Assembly: GCA_951406725.2 (NCBI GenBank)
Contig: OX597816.1
Coordinates: forward strand, 70,680,001-70,744,000
Length of the DNA stretch: 64,000 bases
Direction: 5' to 3'
Source: Octopus vulgaris
Lineage: Eukaryota
The translations under genes and the position numbers were made by a program. The first letter of the stretch is position 1, and every line of letters starts with the position of its first letter. The notes below the pieces were generated by a model. It saw only the letters and a program-made list of their open reading frames with translations, searched no databases and was not told where the DNA came from. This document shows positions 24,419 through 38,409 of this stretch, piece after piece.

Positions 24419-24961
24419 GTATGTGTATATGTTTGTGTGTCTGTGTTTGTCCCCCAATATCGCTTGACAACCGATGCTGGTGTGTTTATGTCTCTGTAAC
24501 TTAGCAGTTCGGCAAAAGAGAGTGATAGAATAAGTACTAGGCATCCAAAGAATAAGTCCTGGGGTCAATTTGCTCAACGAAAGGCGATGCTCCAGCATGG
24601 CCGCAGTCAAATTACTGAAACAAGTAAAAGAGTAAAGAGTATATCATCATCATCATCGTTTAACGTCCGTTTTCCATGCTAGCATGGGTTGGACGAATCG
24701 ACCGGGGTCTGGGAAGCCAGGAGGCTGCATCAGGCTCTAGTCTGATCTGGCAGTGTTTCTACAGCTGGATGCCCTTCCTAACGCCAACCATTCTGAGAGT
24801 GTAGTGGGTGCTTTTTACATGCCACCGGCACAGGTGCCAGGGGAGGCTGGCAAACGGTCAGTTGGTGCTTTTAAGTGTCACTGATACGGATGCCAGCCAG
24901 GCGGCGCTGGCATCTGCCATGTTCATATGGTGCTTTTAACGTGTCACCGGCACAGGTATCT

Positions 24962-24993
<32 letters not shown>

Positions 24994-24998
24994 GATAG

Positions 24999-25036
<38 letters not shown>

Positions 25037-26237
25037 TGTGTGTGTGTGTGTTTTACAGCTGGATGCCTTTCTTGCATTTATTTGTCATTGGAAGTACAAT
25101 GCTCAAGGGTTATTTATTGACAGAATGTGCCAACAAAACGTTACCATTTTTTGCCAACTTTCATCTGAGAGAACACATGTAAGCATTTACTCAGACAAGT
25201 ACACACACATGATGGATTTCCATACAGTTTCCATCTACCAGCTGCATTCACTAAGCATTAGTTGAGTTGAGGCTATAGAAGAAGACATTCAAGGTGTTAT
25301 GCAGTGGGATAGAACTTGAGACCAGCTAGTAACAAAACAAATTCCATGTCCAGACAACCATGCCTGTGCCTAAGCGTCAGTAGGAATTTTGCTTGCGTGG
25401 ATTTGAAGCTTGCTTCCTGACCATGTTTCAGGCTTAGTCCAACTGCATGTCACCTTGACCTTGGGTAAGTGTCTTCTATTATAGCCCTTGTGAGTAGATT
25501 TAGTTGACAGAAATGGAAGCCTGTTGTGTGTTTATGCATGGACGCAGTTAGGGGGTAAATCTCAGCTGTTTTCTCCTGAAGTATATCTGCTTATTCCTTT
25601 ATTACAATTGATATGTATCTATAGTTTGTGTTGTATGTTAATAAGAATTGTTTCTCTATTATATATTTTAAACCTTTTCTTACCATATTTCTGTTGAGAT
25701 GCTCTGTATTTCTTTCAATTACTTTAAATATAACAAAGAATTTAGTAAAATAACTTAGTCATCATTAAGCTAGTGATAGGAACATGAATTGTGACTAAGG
25801 TTTGATGAAAGATTTTAATTCAGAACTTATTTAAACAAGACATTTGTACTCAGAGCCAGAGCTGGTTTCAGCCGGGTTGGTAACAAAAGGGTTAATCAAA
25901 ATATATATTAAAATTGAGAATTATTGTATAACTAAGCAGGAAAATGGAAACAAATAATACCTACAAAATTTCCATTTTCCTGTTTTGCTATACACACACA
26001 CAGAGTTATGTATGTGTGTGTGTGTGTGCATACATGTGTTGTAAATGTGTTGAGTTCATTTCCATTTGTTTGTGGAAGACATGTCTGGCCATGGGGAAAT
26101 ATTACTTACCTTGATACAGGTGAAGGTTGACAACAGGGAGATCATCTGGTTGTAGAAAATCTGCCTCAACAAATTTCATCTGATCTATGCAGTCAGTGCA
26201 GATTAAAAGGATAACGATAATGACTCATCATTATTCT

Positions 26238-26600
26238 TTGGGTGCTCAAGAGATGCAGTGGCATCACATACAAGCTGGCAAACGACTTTGTATGTAGCAG
26301 ATGCATGGGACTAGTTAGCAATAAACACAAACATGAAATGAATTCTTTCAAATTATTGAAAGGAAGCATTGAAGCAGTTGGCAGCTTCTGTTACCTAGGT
26401 GACCTAATCAGCGGTGGAGATGGGTATTCACACATCAAAATAGCCAGAGAAAGAACAAAGGTGGTAAAAATTCAGACAGCTATTACCTCTGCTGGCAACA
26501 AAGAGATTCTTTTTCTGAGTGACATGCCGATTATATGATGCATATGTGCATAGTGCAACAATGCATATGGTATTGAATGTGGATAATGTGCAAAGAAATG
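26238..26600 (+). mobile_element. Degraded RTE/RTE-X ORF fragment
   Basis: WVLKRCSGI...FVCSRC...EAVGSFCYLGDLISGG, the zinc-finger insert and thumb region seen in RTE-type LINEs. Confidence 0.65.
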
Positions 26601-27669
26601 AAGCCATCCATCCAAACTTCCATCCATCTATCTTCTCCACCCACTATTCCTAGGAGAGTTGTGGGGGTAGAGTCCTCAGGCACCTTCTATCAAAAACAAC
26701 CATCATTACATTCTTCTGCTGGATTCCCAAGAATAACCAACTCAGGCTATGAATATTATCCAGCCATCTCATTCTTGGTCTACCCCTAGGTCAAGCTAAG
26801 CCAGGTAACAAGATGTTAGCTGGCTTAGCTTGAAGAACCTATCTTATGGTTCTTTTCAGTACCAGAGCTGTGAAAGTAAAATCTGGAACAAACATTCTAA
26901 ATTGGACGTGTGAATGATGGAGATGAATGAACTGGGAGAAAAACTGGTTGCAAGTACAGTCAGTATGGAAATATGAATCACGTTTAGGATGATTGTTAGG
27001 TAAAGAAGTGTTGAGCAATCCAAGTCGGAGGAACGCTGAGAAGAGGCAGACATGGGTTGTGGGGTGAAGGTTGATCTCAGGGTGTTGAACCTCATAAAGG
27101 TGATGACAAATGACTGCCTTGAGTGGCAAGACCAGTCCAACCCACACAAGCATGGAAAAAACACGATATCAAAAAAGACAATGCTGATCTGTATCTATGT
27201 GTAAATGTCTGCATATATGTGTATGTACATGTCTTTGTGTGTATGTATATGTGTATTTGCTGCTGTATTAGGCTTTTTTGTCCATAATATTGAGCCCCGT
27301 ACTTATTCCAGGACTATTTTATTGATTTCTGTTTAGAACTGCTACTGTTATAGGTTTTTTGTTTAGACACAATTCGATACCAGTTTACACATATAAAACA
27401 CAAAAACATGGATACACCCAGATACACACACACACACACACACACACATAATATGCTTGTGTGTGTGTCTGTGTGCTGATGATGTGTGAATGAGAGCAGG
27501 AAGGGGTTTGGTTTGCCTGAACACAACAGGGGAAACGGTCAAAGATGATTGCAAATGTTTACTTTATCATCCCTTCCCCTTCTTACTTAACATTTAGTTA
27601 TGAATTTATAATCCATATGTGTGTGGATACATTTATCCATACATCTATTGATAAATGTATGTGTGTATG

Positions 27670-27679
27670 TATGTATATA

Positions 27680-27761
<82 letters not shown>

Positions 27762-27786
27762 TATATATATATATATATATAAAATA

Positions 27787-27855
<69 letters not shown>

Positions 27856-27882
27856 TATATATATATATATATATATAAAATA

Positions 27883-27920
<38 letters not shown>

Positions 27921-28327
27921 TATATATATATATATATATAAAATATGCATATATATATATATATATATTAAAATATGCATATATATATATAATATGCATA
28001 TATATATATAATATGCATATATATATATAATATGCATATATATATAATATGCATATATATATATAATATGCATATATATATAATATGCATATATATATAT
28101 ATATATATATAGAATATGCATATATATATAATATGCATATATATATAATATGCATATATATATAATATGCATATATATAATATGCATATATATATATAAT
28201 ATGCATATATATATAATATGCATATATATATAATATGCATATATATAATGTGCATATATATATATATATATATATAATGTGCATATATATATATATATAA
28301 TATGCATATATATATATATATATAATA
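27670..28327. repeat. Expanded (TA)n-derived minisatellite with AATATGCAT(AT)n units
   Basis: About 30 ATGCAT cores separated by variable TA runs. Confidence 0.95.
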
Positions 28328-30092
28328 TCATCATCATTTAATGCCCATTGTCCATGCTGGCATGGGTTGGACAGTTTTACCAGAGCTAGTAAGCTGGAAG
28401 GCTGCGCCAGACCCCAGTCTGTTTTGGCATGGTTTTCTACGCCTGGATGCCCTTCCTAATGCTAACCACTCTGAGAGTGTAATGGGTGCTTTTACGTGCC
28501 ACCAGCATGGGTGCCATTTGTGTGACACTGGTATCTGTAAATGAGCATCCCCATCATATAAGCGAGGTTGTTCATTCCCAATCTTCTCTGAAAAATATGT
28601 CTGGCTATGAGAAAATATTACTTTGCTTAGAAACAAGTGATGGTCAGTGACAGGAAGGACATCTGGCCACAGAAAATTTCTCTTAACAAATGCAGGCATA
28701 GAAAAGTGGGTATCAAATAATGGTGATGATGAAAATCAAAGAAGACCCATCCTCTACAGCAGAAGTATTAAGGCCACTCCTGGTGATGAGGATTGACCTG
28801 CAAGAGTCCTGTGCCGGCATCACTTAAAAAACACTTGTGCCAGTGCCATGCAATAGTGCTTGTGCCGGTACCATGTTAAAAGCATCCAGCACATTCTGTG
28901 AAGTGGGTTGGATTAGGAAGGGCATCCAGCCATAGAAAGTAAGTCAAATGAGACTGAAACCTGATGCAGCTCTCCAGCTTGACAGCCATGGTTAAACCAT
29001 TCAACTCATGCCAGCATGAAAAATGGTCATTAAAGGATGATAATGATGATATCAAGCATGATCGTTGCCAGAGCACCTAACTGGCTTCCGTGCCGGTGGC
29101 ACGTAAAAAGCACCATTCAAGCGTGATCTTTACCAGTGTCACCTCACTGGCACATGAAAAAACATTCGAGCGAGGTTGGTGCCAGTGCTGCTGGACTGGC
29201 TCCTGTGCAGGTGGCATGCAAAAAACACCATTTGAGCATGGCCGTTGCCAGTCCTGCCTGACTGGCCCTCGTACCAGTGGTGCGTAAAAGCACCAACTAT
29301 ACTCTCAGAGTGGTTGGCGTTAGGAAGGGCATCCAGCTGTAGCAACTCTGTCAGATCAAGATTGGAGCCTGGTTCGCCAGTTCTCAGTCAAATCGTCCAA
29401 CCTATGCTAACATGGAAAGCGGACGTTAAACAGTGATGATGATATATATACATACATATATATAAATAAATAAAATGGTGTTTGTATGTATGTTTATATG
29501 AGAATACTCGACACGTAAGTACTTCAGAATACATAGATAAATCATCTTAAATGTGAGGTATTCCTCACACAGAGAATGCTCAACTGAAAATACAGAAATA
29601 TTTTGAGCTGTGATGACCATGTCTATGTGAAAGAAGACAATACGGACAAACCTCAAATATATTATACAAAGCGGACGTAAAATTATGAAAGCAGAAATGT
29701 TTTTCTTTCTACTTTAATCTGGGACATAAAAGTATTTACTTAATGCCTAGGTCACCATGGATTGACATAAATGCAGTAGAAGAGAATGTGACAAATGCAT
29801 TATGTATGTGCAGCTAAAATTTTGTGTTATTAAGGCTATTTATAACTTCTAATGTACTGAAGTGGGGTAAAATATAAATTCTGAAAATTTCAGATGACAT
29901 CAGGTGCAATATATTGGATCCTTTTTTCACTAAAAGTGCCCCTTAACCGTAAATTCATTAAAGCTATGACTGTTATATACACGAGAAGGAAATAAAGTGA
30001 TATATGCAGATATGTATGTACAGTATCTTAATCTGGGTCATAAAATTGTTTCATTATGTTAGGGCACAAAATATATGTGTTAAGCAGATTCA

Positions 30093-30116
30093 TCTCTATA
30101 TATATAAATGGCAAAA

Positions 30117-30151
<35 letters not shown>

Positions 30152-30440
30152 CCTTTATACAAATCCACAATTTTTCAGTTAGAGGGCTTGCACTTTCTAT
30201 GGTCATTCAAAACCATCTAAGGGTGGTCGTGCACATCTTTACATTTCCCCAGTCACCCCGCAAAGCCATTAAAAAAATCAATAGAAGTGACTTTTTTGTG
30301 AATTTTCTATCCAAAACCCAATCAAAATGCCTGAAACTTGATACACCAATTGAATGCCATCTAGCTGTATGTGATTGGTTGGAGATTTGGACAGTTCTCG
30401 CGTGTATGTGCAGCTGTATATGCATGCACTAGCACTATGA
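30093..30440 (+). mobile_element. Helitron family B, 3'-truncated copy
   Basis: High similarity to 18937-19280; it stops within the left arm of the terminal palindrome. Confidence 0.7.
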
Positions 30441-31436
30441 AAGACATATATATTTGGCTGTTCCCATATATATGCACAAACACACATATACACGTACATA
30501 TATATGTGTACACACATACACATCCATACGATGGACTTCTTTCTGTTTCTATTTACCAAATTCATTTGCAAAACATACATCATCCGTGAGCTGTAATAGA
30601 AGACACTTGCCCCTAGGTGTCACTGTAAGGCACCCTACTTTTATACTCTTGACCAATGAATGCCTTGTGAGTGAAATTGGTAGACGGAAACTGTACAAAG
30701 CTTGTGTGTATGTTTCTGTGTATATGTTCACATCACACTTTTCCAAGAATTAGTGGACTACATGCTATGAAATTTGTTGTCATTTCCTCTGCCAACAAAT
30801 CATCTGCTAGCTCGGCACATACAGAAGACAGTTGGAATAAGAAATTCCTCATATGAAAAATGGGTTTGATGGTAGACTTAATCAGTTGTCCAGTTTAACA
30901 CCACTACCATTTCGTATCTTTGGTACCTTTAGCAGAGAGTCACTCTGTTGCAAACATTTAAGCTAGTGTCTCCAGCTTGACAATGTCTTCCTTCTTCCCT
31001 TCTCTCAATCTTGGAAGTTCTGTTAAAAGTTCATGGGTGCTGCTTACCCCAACTAAAAAATGCAAAAAACAAAACAAATTGCTGACTTACATTTCAGTCT
31101 TCACCCCTGCCTTTCTACTGATGGTGGGAGGACATGTTTCTATGGCGTAATGTTATAGAGGGGGTGTAGTGTGAGTTTTGAAATGAGAAGTCAGCTTCAT
31201 GTCCACTTTCCCATGCTCTCATGGGAAGATCTTCTATGGTGGGTGCTCTTCCTGTCACCAACCCTCATCTGCTTCCAAGCAAAGTAATATTTCCCTCCCA
31301 TGGCCAGACATGTTCGCACAATATATAGGAAATGAACGACTCTGCTTGTACGACAGAGCAACTCATTTACAACTATCACATGATGTCAAGACGAGACAAA
31401 AATATATATATATATTTACACATATATATATATATA

Positions 31437-33038
31437 CTAGCAGTATCGCCCGGCGTTGCTCGGGTTTGTTTCGACCCGCTGGAATTGTAATTTTGAAAAG
31501 TAAAAATTTTGTGAACATCTTTCTGGTCGAAATACACCGAAAAGTGGCGACACAGCAGTGAAAAAATCGTAAAAAATAGGGATTTTCATAGAAAAAAGCA
31601 TCTTTTTGATGTAAATAATTTTTGGTGTTAACATGGTCCTATTTGAATTTTATGTTCAACGGAAGGAAGAGCAAGCCTTCTTCTACCATACTCTCAATTT
31701 TGGTCAACTTGCGCCGCAGGGTCTCGGAGGAGATAGTGTTAGTTGAAGGTTACCATTCTAGGTGCCTGAGTAACAACCTCGCGGATTTACAGATAAATGA
31801 ATTAATTATTATTTTACAGAATAAAATTAAATAATTCTTGAAAATTAATTAATATTAATATTTTTTGAACAAAGTAAATAATTTTTAAAACTTAAATAAT
31901 AATTTTTTTTACACAAACGCGAACGGGGAAAAGGGGGTGGCGAATTCGATTTACATACCTAAATTTTTTCTTTTTCATGACATTGTAGCAAAATAGTAGT
32001 GAATTATATAAATACCAGCAGTACATTTTTTTTTCTGGGGTATTTTTTTTCAACCTCGTCACATATTTGCCCCTTTCAATTTAAACAAAGTCTTAATTAA
32101 GCAATTACGGCAGCTTAGCAATGGTTTCAATACAGGCGTGACATGTGTATCTCAATTGTTCAAAACCCTTCGAATTTTTCCGCACGTGATGATATCATAG
32201 TGAAAACTTTCAATTACGCGCGCTTAGAAGTACGCTCGCAAATTAATACTACCAAAATTTTGAAGTTCGCGCTCCGCTTGTGTGTGTGTGTGTGTGTGTG
32301 CGTGCTTTAGGTGTACGTAGGTATGTGTTTTTGTGTGTGTGTGTGTCACTGAAGCCATACATACATATATACATACATAACCTCTCTCTCTCTTTTCTCT
32401 CTCAGTCACTCACTACAAAAAGTGAATAAAAAAAGTTCAGTTATTTCTGTCTTTCACTCACTCTGTCTCTTTACACACACTAACAAAAGCACTTCACTTA
32501 CACACCACACTTTCTGTGTCGCACAACCCATCAAACACACACACACTCACGCACGTACACATGTACATCAATGCTTTCGGAGTGAAATGTTAAAATATTG
32601 AGTTTTCTCGAATTTTGTCTTAATTGGGGGTGAAATTGAAAGAAATATATTATGGCATGACCGAATGGAGTACTTTGAAAAATCTTAGGTAAACTCTAAT
32701 TGAAGAAATTGTGTGAGGAGTAAATCGTTATGTATTTATTTGTTTCTGTTTGCTGTGTTTTTTTATTTTTTGAGTAGTGGTTTAAATACTTTCAGTTTAG
32801 TCTTCCTCAAATCACTCTGTCGCTATTTACTTTCATTTTATTCGTTGCACACTGTGTGTGTGCGTGTGGTGTAAACCACATTAAGAAAAGCATTTGACAT
32901 ACACACCAGAATGTGAGTTTTCTGTAAATTTTGCTTAATTGGAGTTTAAATTTTAAAAACTGGACCTGGCATGACCCGATGCATTCTACTCTTAAAAATG
33001 CTAGGTAAATTGTAATTGAAGAAATCCTATATTGTAGA
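31437..33038 (-). mobile_element. Non-autonomous Helitron with the family-A 3' end and an unrelated ~1.6 kb interior
   Basis: CTAGCAGTATCGCCCGGCGTTGCTCGGGTTTGT at 31437 is the reverse complement of the family-A 3' end. The candidate 5' end A|TCTACAATATAGG at 33038 is tentative. Confidence 0.6.
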
Positions 33039-33793
33039 TTTCTATAAGTTACAAAGGGAGGCAGATAAAATGTCCCAGTTGTGGCCATCCTGTCTTTTTG
33101 GAGTATGTAGAACTACATTTTCTAATGTTTTCTATTCTGGCTGGTGGATGGCTGAATTGGTAGAATATTGGATGCAACACTTTGCAGTATTAAGTCCTTT
33201 AATGTTCCGAGTTCAAATCCCAACCAGTGTCGACTTCATCTTTTATTTCCATAGGGTATTAATAATATAATGTATGTGATAGACTATTCTTGTCTCTTCT
33301 TCCCTGTGGAGAACCTCAGCCAAGTAGCTGTAATCTTTGTAAATAAATCAGCTTAAAGTTGAAATCATCATCATCATCATACGTCCGCTTTCCATGCTAG
33401 CATGTGTTGGATAATTTGACTAAGGTCTGGTGAACCAGATGGCTGCACCAGGCTCCAATCTGATCTGGCAGAATTTCTACAGCTGGATGCCCTTCCTAAT
33501 GCCAACCACTCAGAGAGTGTAGTGGGTGCTTTTATGTGCCACCAGCACGAGGGCCAGTCAGGCGGTACTGGCAACGGCCACGCTCAAATGGTGCCTTTTA
33601 TGTGGCACCTGCACAGGAGCCAGTCCAGCGGCACTGGTAACAACCTCACTCGAATGTTTTTTCATGTGCTACCAGCACAAGTGCCAGTAAGGCAACACTG
33701 GTAATGATCACGCTCAAATGGTGCTTTTTACGTGCCATTGGCAATGTTACATGATAAGCATTTATGATATATATTTTTTATTTTCTGTTTCAG

Positions 33794-33933
33794 ATATTTG
33801 ACATAAATAAACTGAGTATTCGACGTGTATTCTGCAAGGAATCCGGGAACAACCTCGAGTATGAAATTGGTAATCCAGATGAAACTTTTGGTTCCAAACT
33901 GGAAGTAAAATTGCCAAACGGAAACAAACTCAA
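33794..33933 (+). CDS. LTA4H: LTA4H-like coding exon 2
   Basis: Acceptor TTTTCTGTTTCAG| then 140 nt reading IFDINKLSIRRVFCKESGNNLEYEIGNPDETFGSKLEVKLPNGNKL, then donor AA|GTAAGA (phase 2). It resembles vertebrate LTA4H exon 2 (VLDTKDLTI...KGSPMEISLP) and joins exon 1 in frame. Confidence 0.87.
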
Positions 33934-35649
33934 GTAAGATAAATCGTTCTACTGATTTCTTGTATTTTGCAATTCTTCCATATATCTTATTTCAGGAACA
34001 TTGAAGTGGAATGTTAAAATTCTTGATGACATGTGTTCACACCATGTCACACAAATACTGGGGAAGTCATTAGAACATTAAGAAAAATGCCTAGCAATAT
34101 TTTCACCAGCTCTTTATGTTCTGAGTTCAAATTTTGCTGAGGTTGACTTTGGTTTATAATCTTGATTGAACCTAAGACTCCAATGATAACTGGTGCAACT
34201 TTCACTCTTACTGCTTAGTATCTCTGCATACTTGATACATCAGTTTTAAATTGCATGGAAAAATAAACATTAAAACCATGACGATGATGACGATGAGCGA
34301 GATGTTTCCTACTTCCTTGTCTGCAGTGTTTTTATCTAAAGAATTACAATGTCTATTACGAGGCATTCTCTGTCTATGTATGTGAGCATATTCCATTTAA
34401 TTTTTATGAGAATAGGGAAAGTGCTTATATCAGTCGTGTTCAATCAATAAATTGTAATGTCATTCTAACTCTCTATATATGTATATTTTTGTGCATGTGT
34501 GTATGTGTGTTTGCCTCCAGTGCCAAAATGCACTGTTGCCAAAACAGGTCAAATGTCCAGTCGTCTATGCCAAATCTCATTCTGGTGAACTATGTTCAAT
34601 ATTTTAAAAGACTGCAATGTAAATGACTCAGTTACTTGTAGTTATTCAATTACATCTATCTGTTTCATGTGAAAGACGAAGCTGGGAAAATGAGTTTAGA
34701 GTTATTTAATAAGATCAGTATATTGAGTCTTTCAACAGCCTGGGGTCTGTAAGTTGGTGGAGTCATCAGTAGTGTAACATTTAGGGACCACTGTATTAAT
34801 TAGTATTATCAGGTGTCACTTATCTAAGAGAATGTGTAGTGTTAAATTGTTTTTATATTTTTGGGTGGCGAATGGGAAGAGCATGTGCTGTGCGAATTAT
34901 GTCTATAATATTGGGTGGAGATTATGCAGAGTAGGTGATTTGCGGGTTGTGCTATTAAATTCAAAGTGTTTTATGGATATGATTTGGCAAGCTATTCTAT
35001 TTTTCAATTGTTTGTAGAGCTTTGAACCATGTTAGGATTCTTAAAGTTTTTTTTCTTACCACACCTAGTGTCCCGTTTATTATTAGTACTATTTTTACTT
35101 TGGTATTACACACCTATTATTATTTAGTTAAAATTTCTGTCTCAAACTTCAAGTCCATTAGGGTGGAGCTTATCCCAGTCTCTATGAGAGTACCAGATTA
35201 TCCTCTGAATAATGACACTAATCCGTGGCAAGGTTGGTTCCTCGGCTCTCAGTATTTCTCATTTTTAGCTTAGCAGACCAAGAGCAAAGAAAAATCAATA
35301 CCTTACTACTGGTTTGAGAAAATGAACCCACAACCTGATGATCATGAACCCACCACCCAAACCACTGTACCACAAGTGCTTTCACTTATTATTGTTATTG
35401 AGAGACAAGTATGGTTTGGGTGGTTGAGCCTACTCTGAACATGTTGGTCTTGAACAGAATGTTTGGCAGAGAGTTCTTGCTTTTGGTAGCAATAGCATCA
35501 GGAATTTAGGAGTTCCTTGATTCCTTTCAGGCAGCTGTTTTCCCATGTGATACATATAAAATATATATTTCATGTAATTTATTTGTTGCTTCTATGTATT
35601 ATCCTCCTTATAACACTAATTGTAAGCACATCACTCTTTTCCACCCTTC

Positions 35650-36125
35650 CAAGCGTGGAAGATTTTAAGCGACTAGAATCCTTCGATCACCTCTGTCTAC
35701 GCCGCATCCTTTGTGTCCGATGGCATCACTTTGTCTCCAACAATTCGGTGCAACACCAGTGCAAAATCACCTCCCTCCAACAAGGCATCCTAACGAGACG
35801 TCTGCGTTGGCTGGGTCATGCCCTATGTTGTCAACCAGGAGAATTCATCTACGAAGCAATTGCCCCAGCTCCCCTTCAGGGTTGGTGAAAGCGATGTGGT
35901 GGACAACAAAAATCCTGGCTGATGACAGTCAAGGCTTATCTGGAACCCAACCTAGGCCCCCATATCTATGGCGTTCGCCGCTGGAATAAGGAGTGGTTGG
36001 AGAGCACGTGGTCATTAGCCTCAAATCGCCAGGTCTGGTCAGCGTTTGTGAGAGATGCAGCATTGAGGATGAATGAAGCCAGCTCAACCCATCCCAGGTG
36101 AATACTGTCTCAAGACAAGAAGACA
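35650..36125 (+). mobile_element. RTE LINE 3' end
   Basis: LESFDHLCLRRILCVRW...RRLRWLGH...GGQQKSW, ending in a CAAGACAAGAAGA tail. Confidence 0.8.
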
Positions 36126-37733
36126 TCACTCATTTGCATTTTGTTCTTGTAATGTTCCCCTTCTGTCAGTTTTGTAACTTAATAAAGGAAGAATTTTTTT
36201 TTTTTTAACTGAATTGTTCAGGTATGAGGCCATAAATAAATGCCTTGCTCTATTTTCCTGTCTATTTATATTCAACTCCATATTTCATAATTTGTTAAAA
36301 GGGTCCAAGGACCACATTGTTCTCCTGTGTCTGCTTTGGCCTGGTTTTCCAGAGCTGGATGCCTTTCCTATTGCCATTCACTTTACAGCATGTACTGGAT
36401 ACTCTTTTTTATGCCACCAGCATTTCTGAAGTTGCCATGCTGCTTGCAAGACTGTGAACCCTGAGGGGTCAGCTTTACATTAGGAGATTGAGTGGGGGTA
36501 AAAGTATGAAAGGAGATGCCAGGACAAAATAGGACAAACATTTTGCCGTAGAGGAACAACGTGACTACTCACATTTTAACCCTTTCGTTACCATATTTAT
36601 TTTGAGATGCTCTGCGCTTCATTCAATTAATTCTAAATATAACAAAGAATTTAATAAAAGAACTTAGTTATCATTAAGCTAGTGTTGGGAACATAAATTG
36701 TGACTAAGGTTTGGTGGAAGATTTTAATTCAATACTTATGAAAACAAGACATTTATACTACAGAGCCAGAGGCGGTTTTGGCCGGAAGATGGGAGTGATT
36801 AGGTGCCATTGGAAAGAGATAAAAACTGTGGCAGAAAAAAAAAAAAATCAATAAACATGTTAGTGAATGTGTTTGATGTTAGGAGTTGAGTTCAAGCTTT
36901 GCTGTAGCTGTTCTGTCGTCTCCCTTTCTCAGTCATCCTCCTGGATGCCTTAAAAATTAAAAATAAATGAATGAATGAAAATCAAGGACTCCTTCATTCC
37001 TCTTAATTGTAGTACGCTTAGTCACAGGAAAGTCTCCTTTACACCTTCTTATCCATGTTAAGAATGAAGCAGAAAAGGGATGTAAAGAATAAATGGATGA
37101 GTAAATAAATGATTGGGTAACAGATCAAATGTACTTTATTCACGGTCCTTTGAGTTCTGGCTACGCTCGAAAGGTTTTTCTGTTGCCAAGTTGAACATAA
37201 GCTTCGGATTATCTTGAAGTAATCAAGCAAGGCAACTAGAACAAGCTTTCAGAAAAGTTGGCCATGTAGCTTAGAGTACATTTCAATTTAATGATTGGGA
37301 TTCAGCAATTCCATCAGGCAGAACCGAAAGGAATGGAATTACATGTGTGTGCATGTATGTGTACCTCTGTGTTTGTGTGTGTGTGTCTGAAAGGAAAAGT
37401 GTTGATCTAATTTCTTTACCACACGGTCTCACAGTTAAAAAATCTGAGTGTGTGTTAATGTGTGCCTGTGCTAATGTGTGTGTTAACATGTGTATGTGTG
37501 TTGATGTATGTATGTGTGTGTGTGTGTGTTATAGTGTGGGCTGAGTGTAGTTGGGTGCATGTGTGCAATCAAGTATATGATGGCAAATATTTTTGTATCA
37601 TCTTGAGTGATTAAAAAAAAAATACCTGCATATCTTTAATTCTACAGGTATGACATTTTTTTTTAGGATACTTATAACTACTATTACTATTGCTACTACT
37701 AATCCTTCTCACTAGCACCACCATTATCATTAC

Positions 37734-37967
37734 CTATTTCTTTACTACCCACAAGGGGCTAAACACAGAGAGGACAAACAAGGACAGACAAACGGATTAA
37801 GTTGATAATATCGACCGCAGTGCGTAACTGGTACTTATTTAATCGACCCCGAAAGGATGAAAGGCAAAGTCAACCTCGGCGGAATTTGAACTCAGAACAT
37901 AGCGGCAGAGAAAATACTGCTAAGCATTTCGCCTGGCGTGCTAACGTTTCTGCCAGCTTGTCGCCTT
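37734..37967 (-). mobile_element. Meta-like SINE
   Basis: Full-length reverse-complement copy. Confidence 0.85.
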
Positions 37968-38409
37968 ATTATCATTATCATTACCACTATCATCAGCATC
38001 ATAACCAACATTACTCTCATCACCATCTGATCCTCAACCCCTTTGCCATCACCCTCTACCCACACAGTCATCATATCTTCTCATATGGTCCAGTGACAAA
38101 AATTCATGTCTTTTACTAGGCAGCTTTGGTTCAATTCCCAGCATTGGAGCACTTGATGTTTACAAGGCAACAAGGGTAGTGTCTTCCTGGTTGTCTGACC
38201 TGCAGGAAATAATAGCAAAACCTACCTCATATCACATCATACCATCTTCTTTAAGGATAGAACTCGTTAAATAATATCTTGCACCTCCCTCAATAAATGG
38301 AATGGTCATGGCAGGAATACCTTTGCTCAATGATTAGTCTGCTCTTTCAAGATTGTACCTGTCGCCAGGCAACAACAGCCAGAAGCATCATCATCTTCTG
38401 CATCAACAC

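Noticed and set aside
27545-28337. Long YI/HI-rich ORFs (also 47047-47648, 57006-57263 and many others)
   Set aside because: These are translations of TA/CA microsatellites.
29600-29645. TGATGA...GAAA hammerhead-like boxes
   Set aside because: No stem I, stem III or cleavage triplet can be formed.
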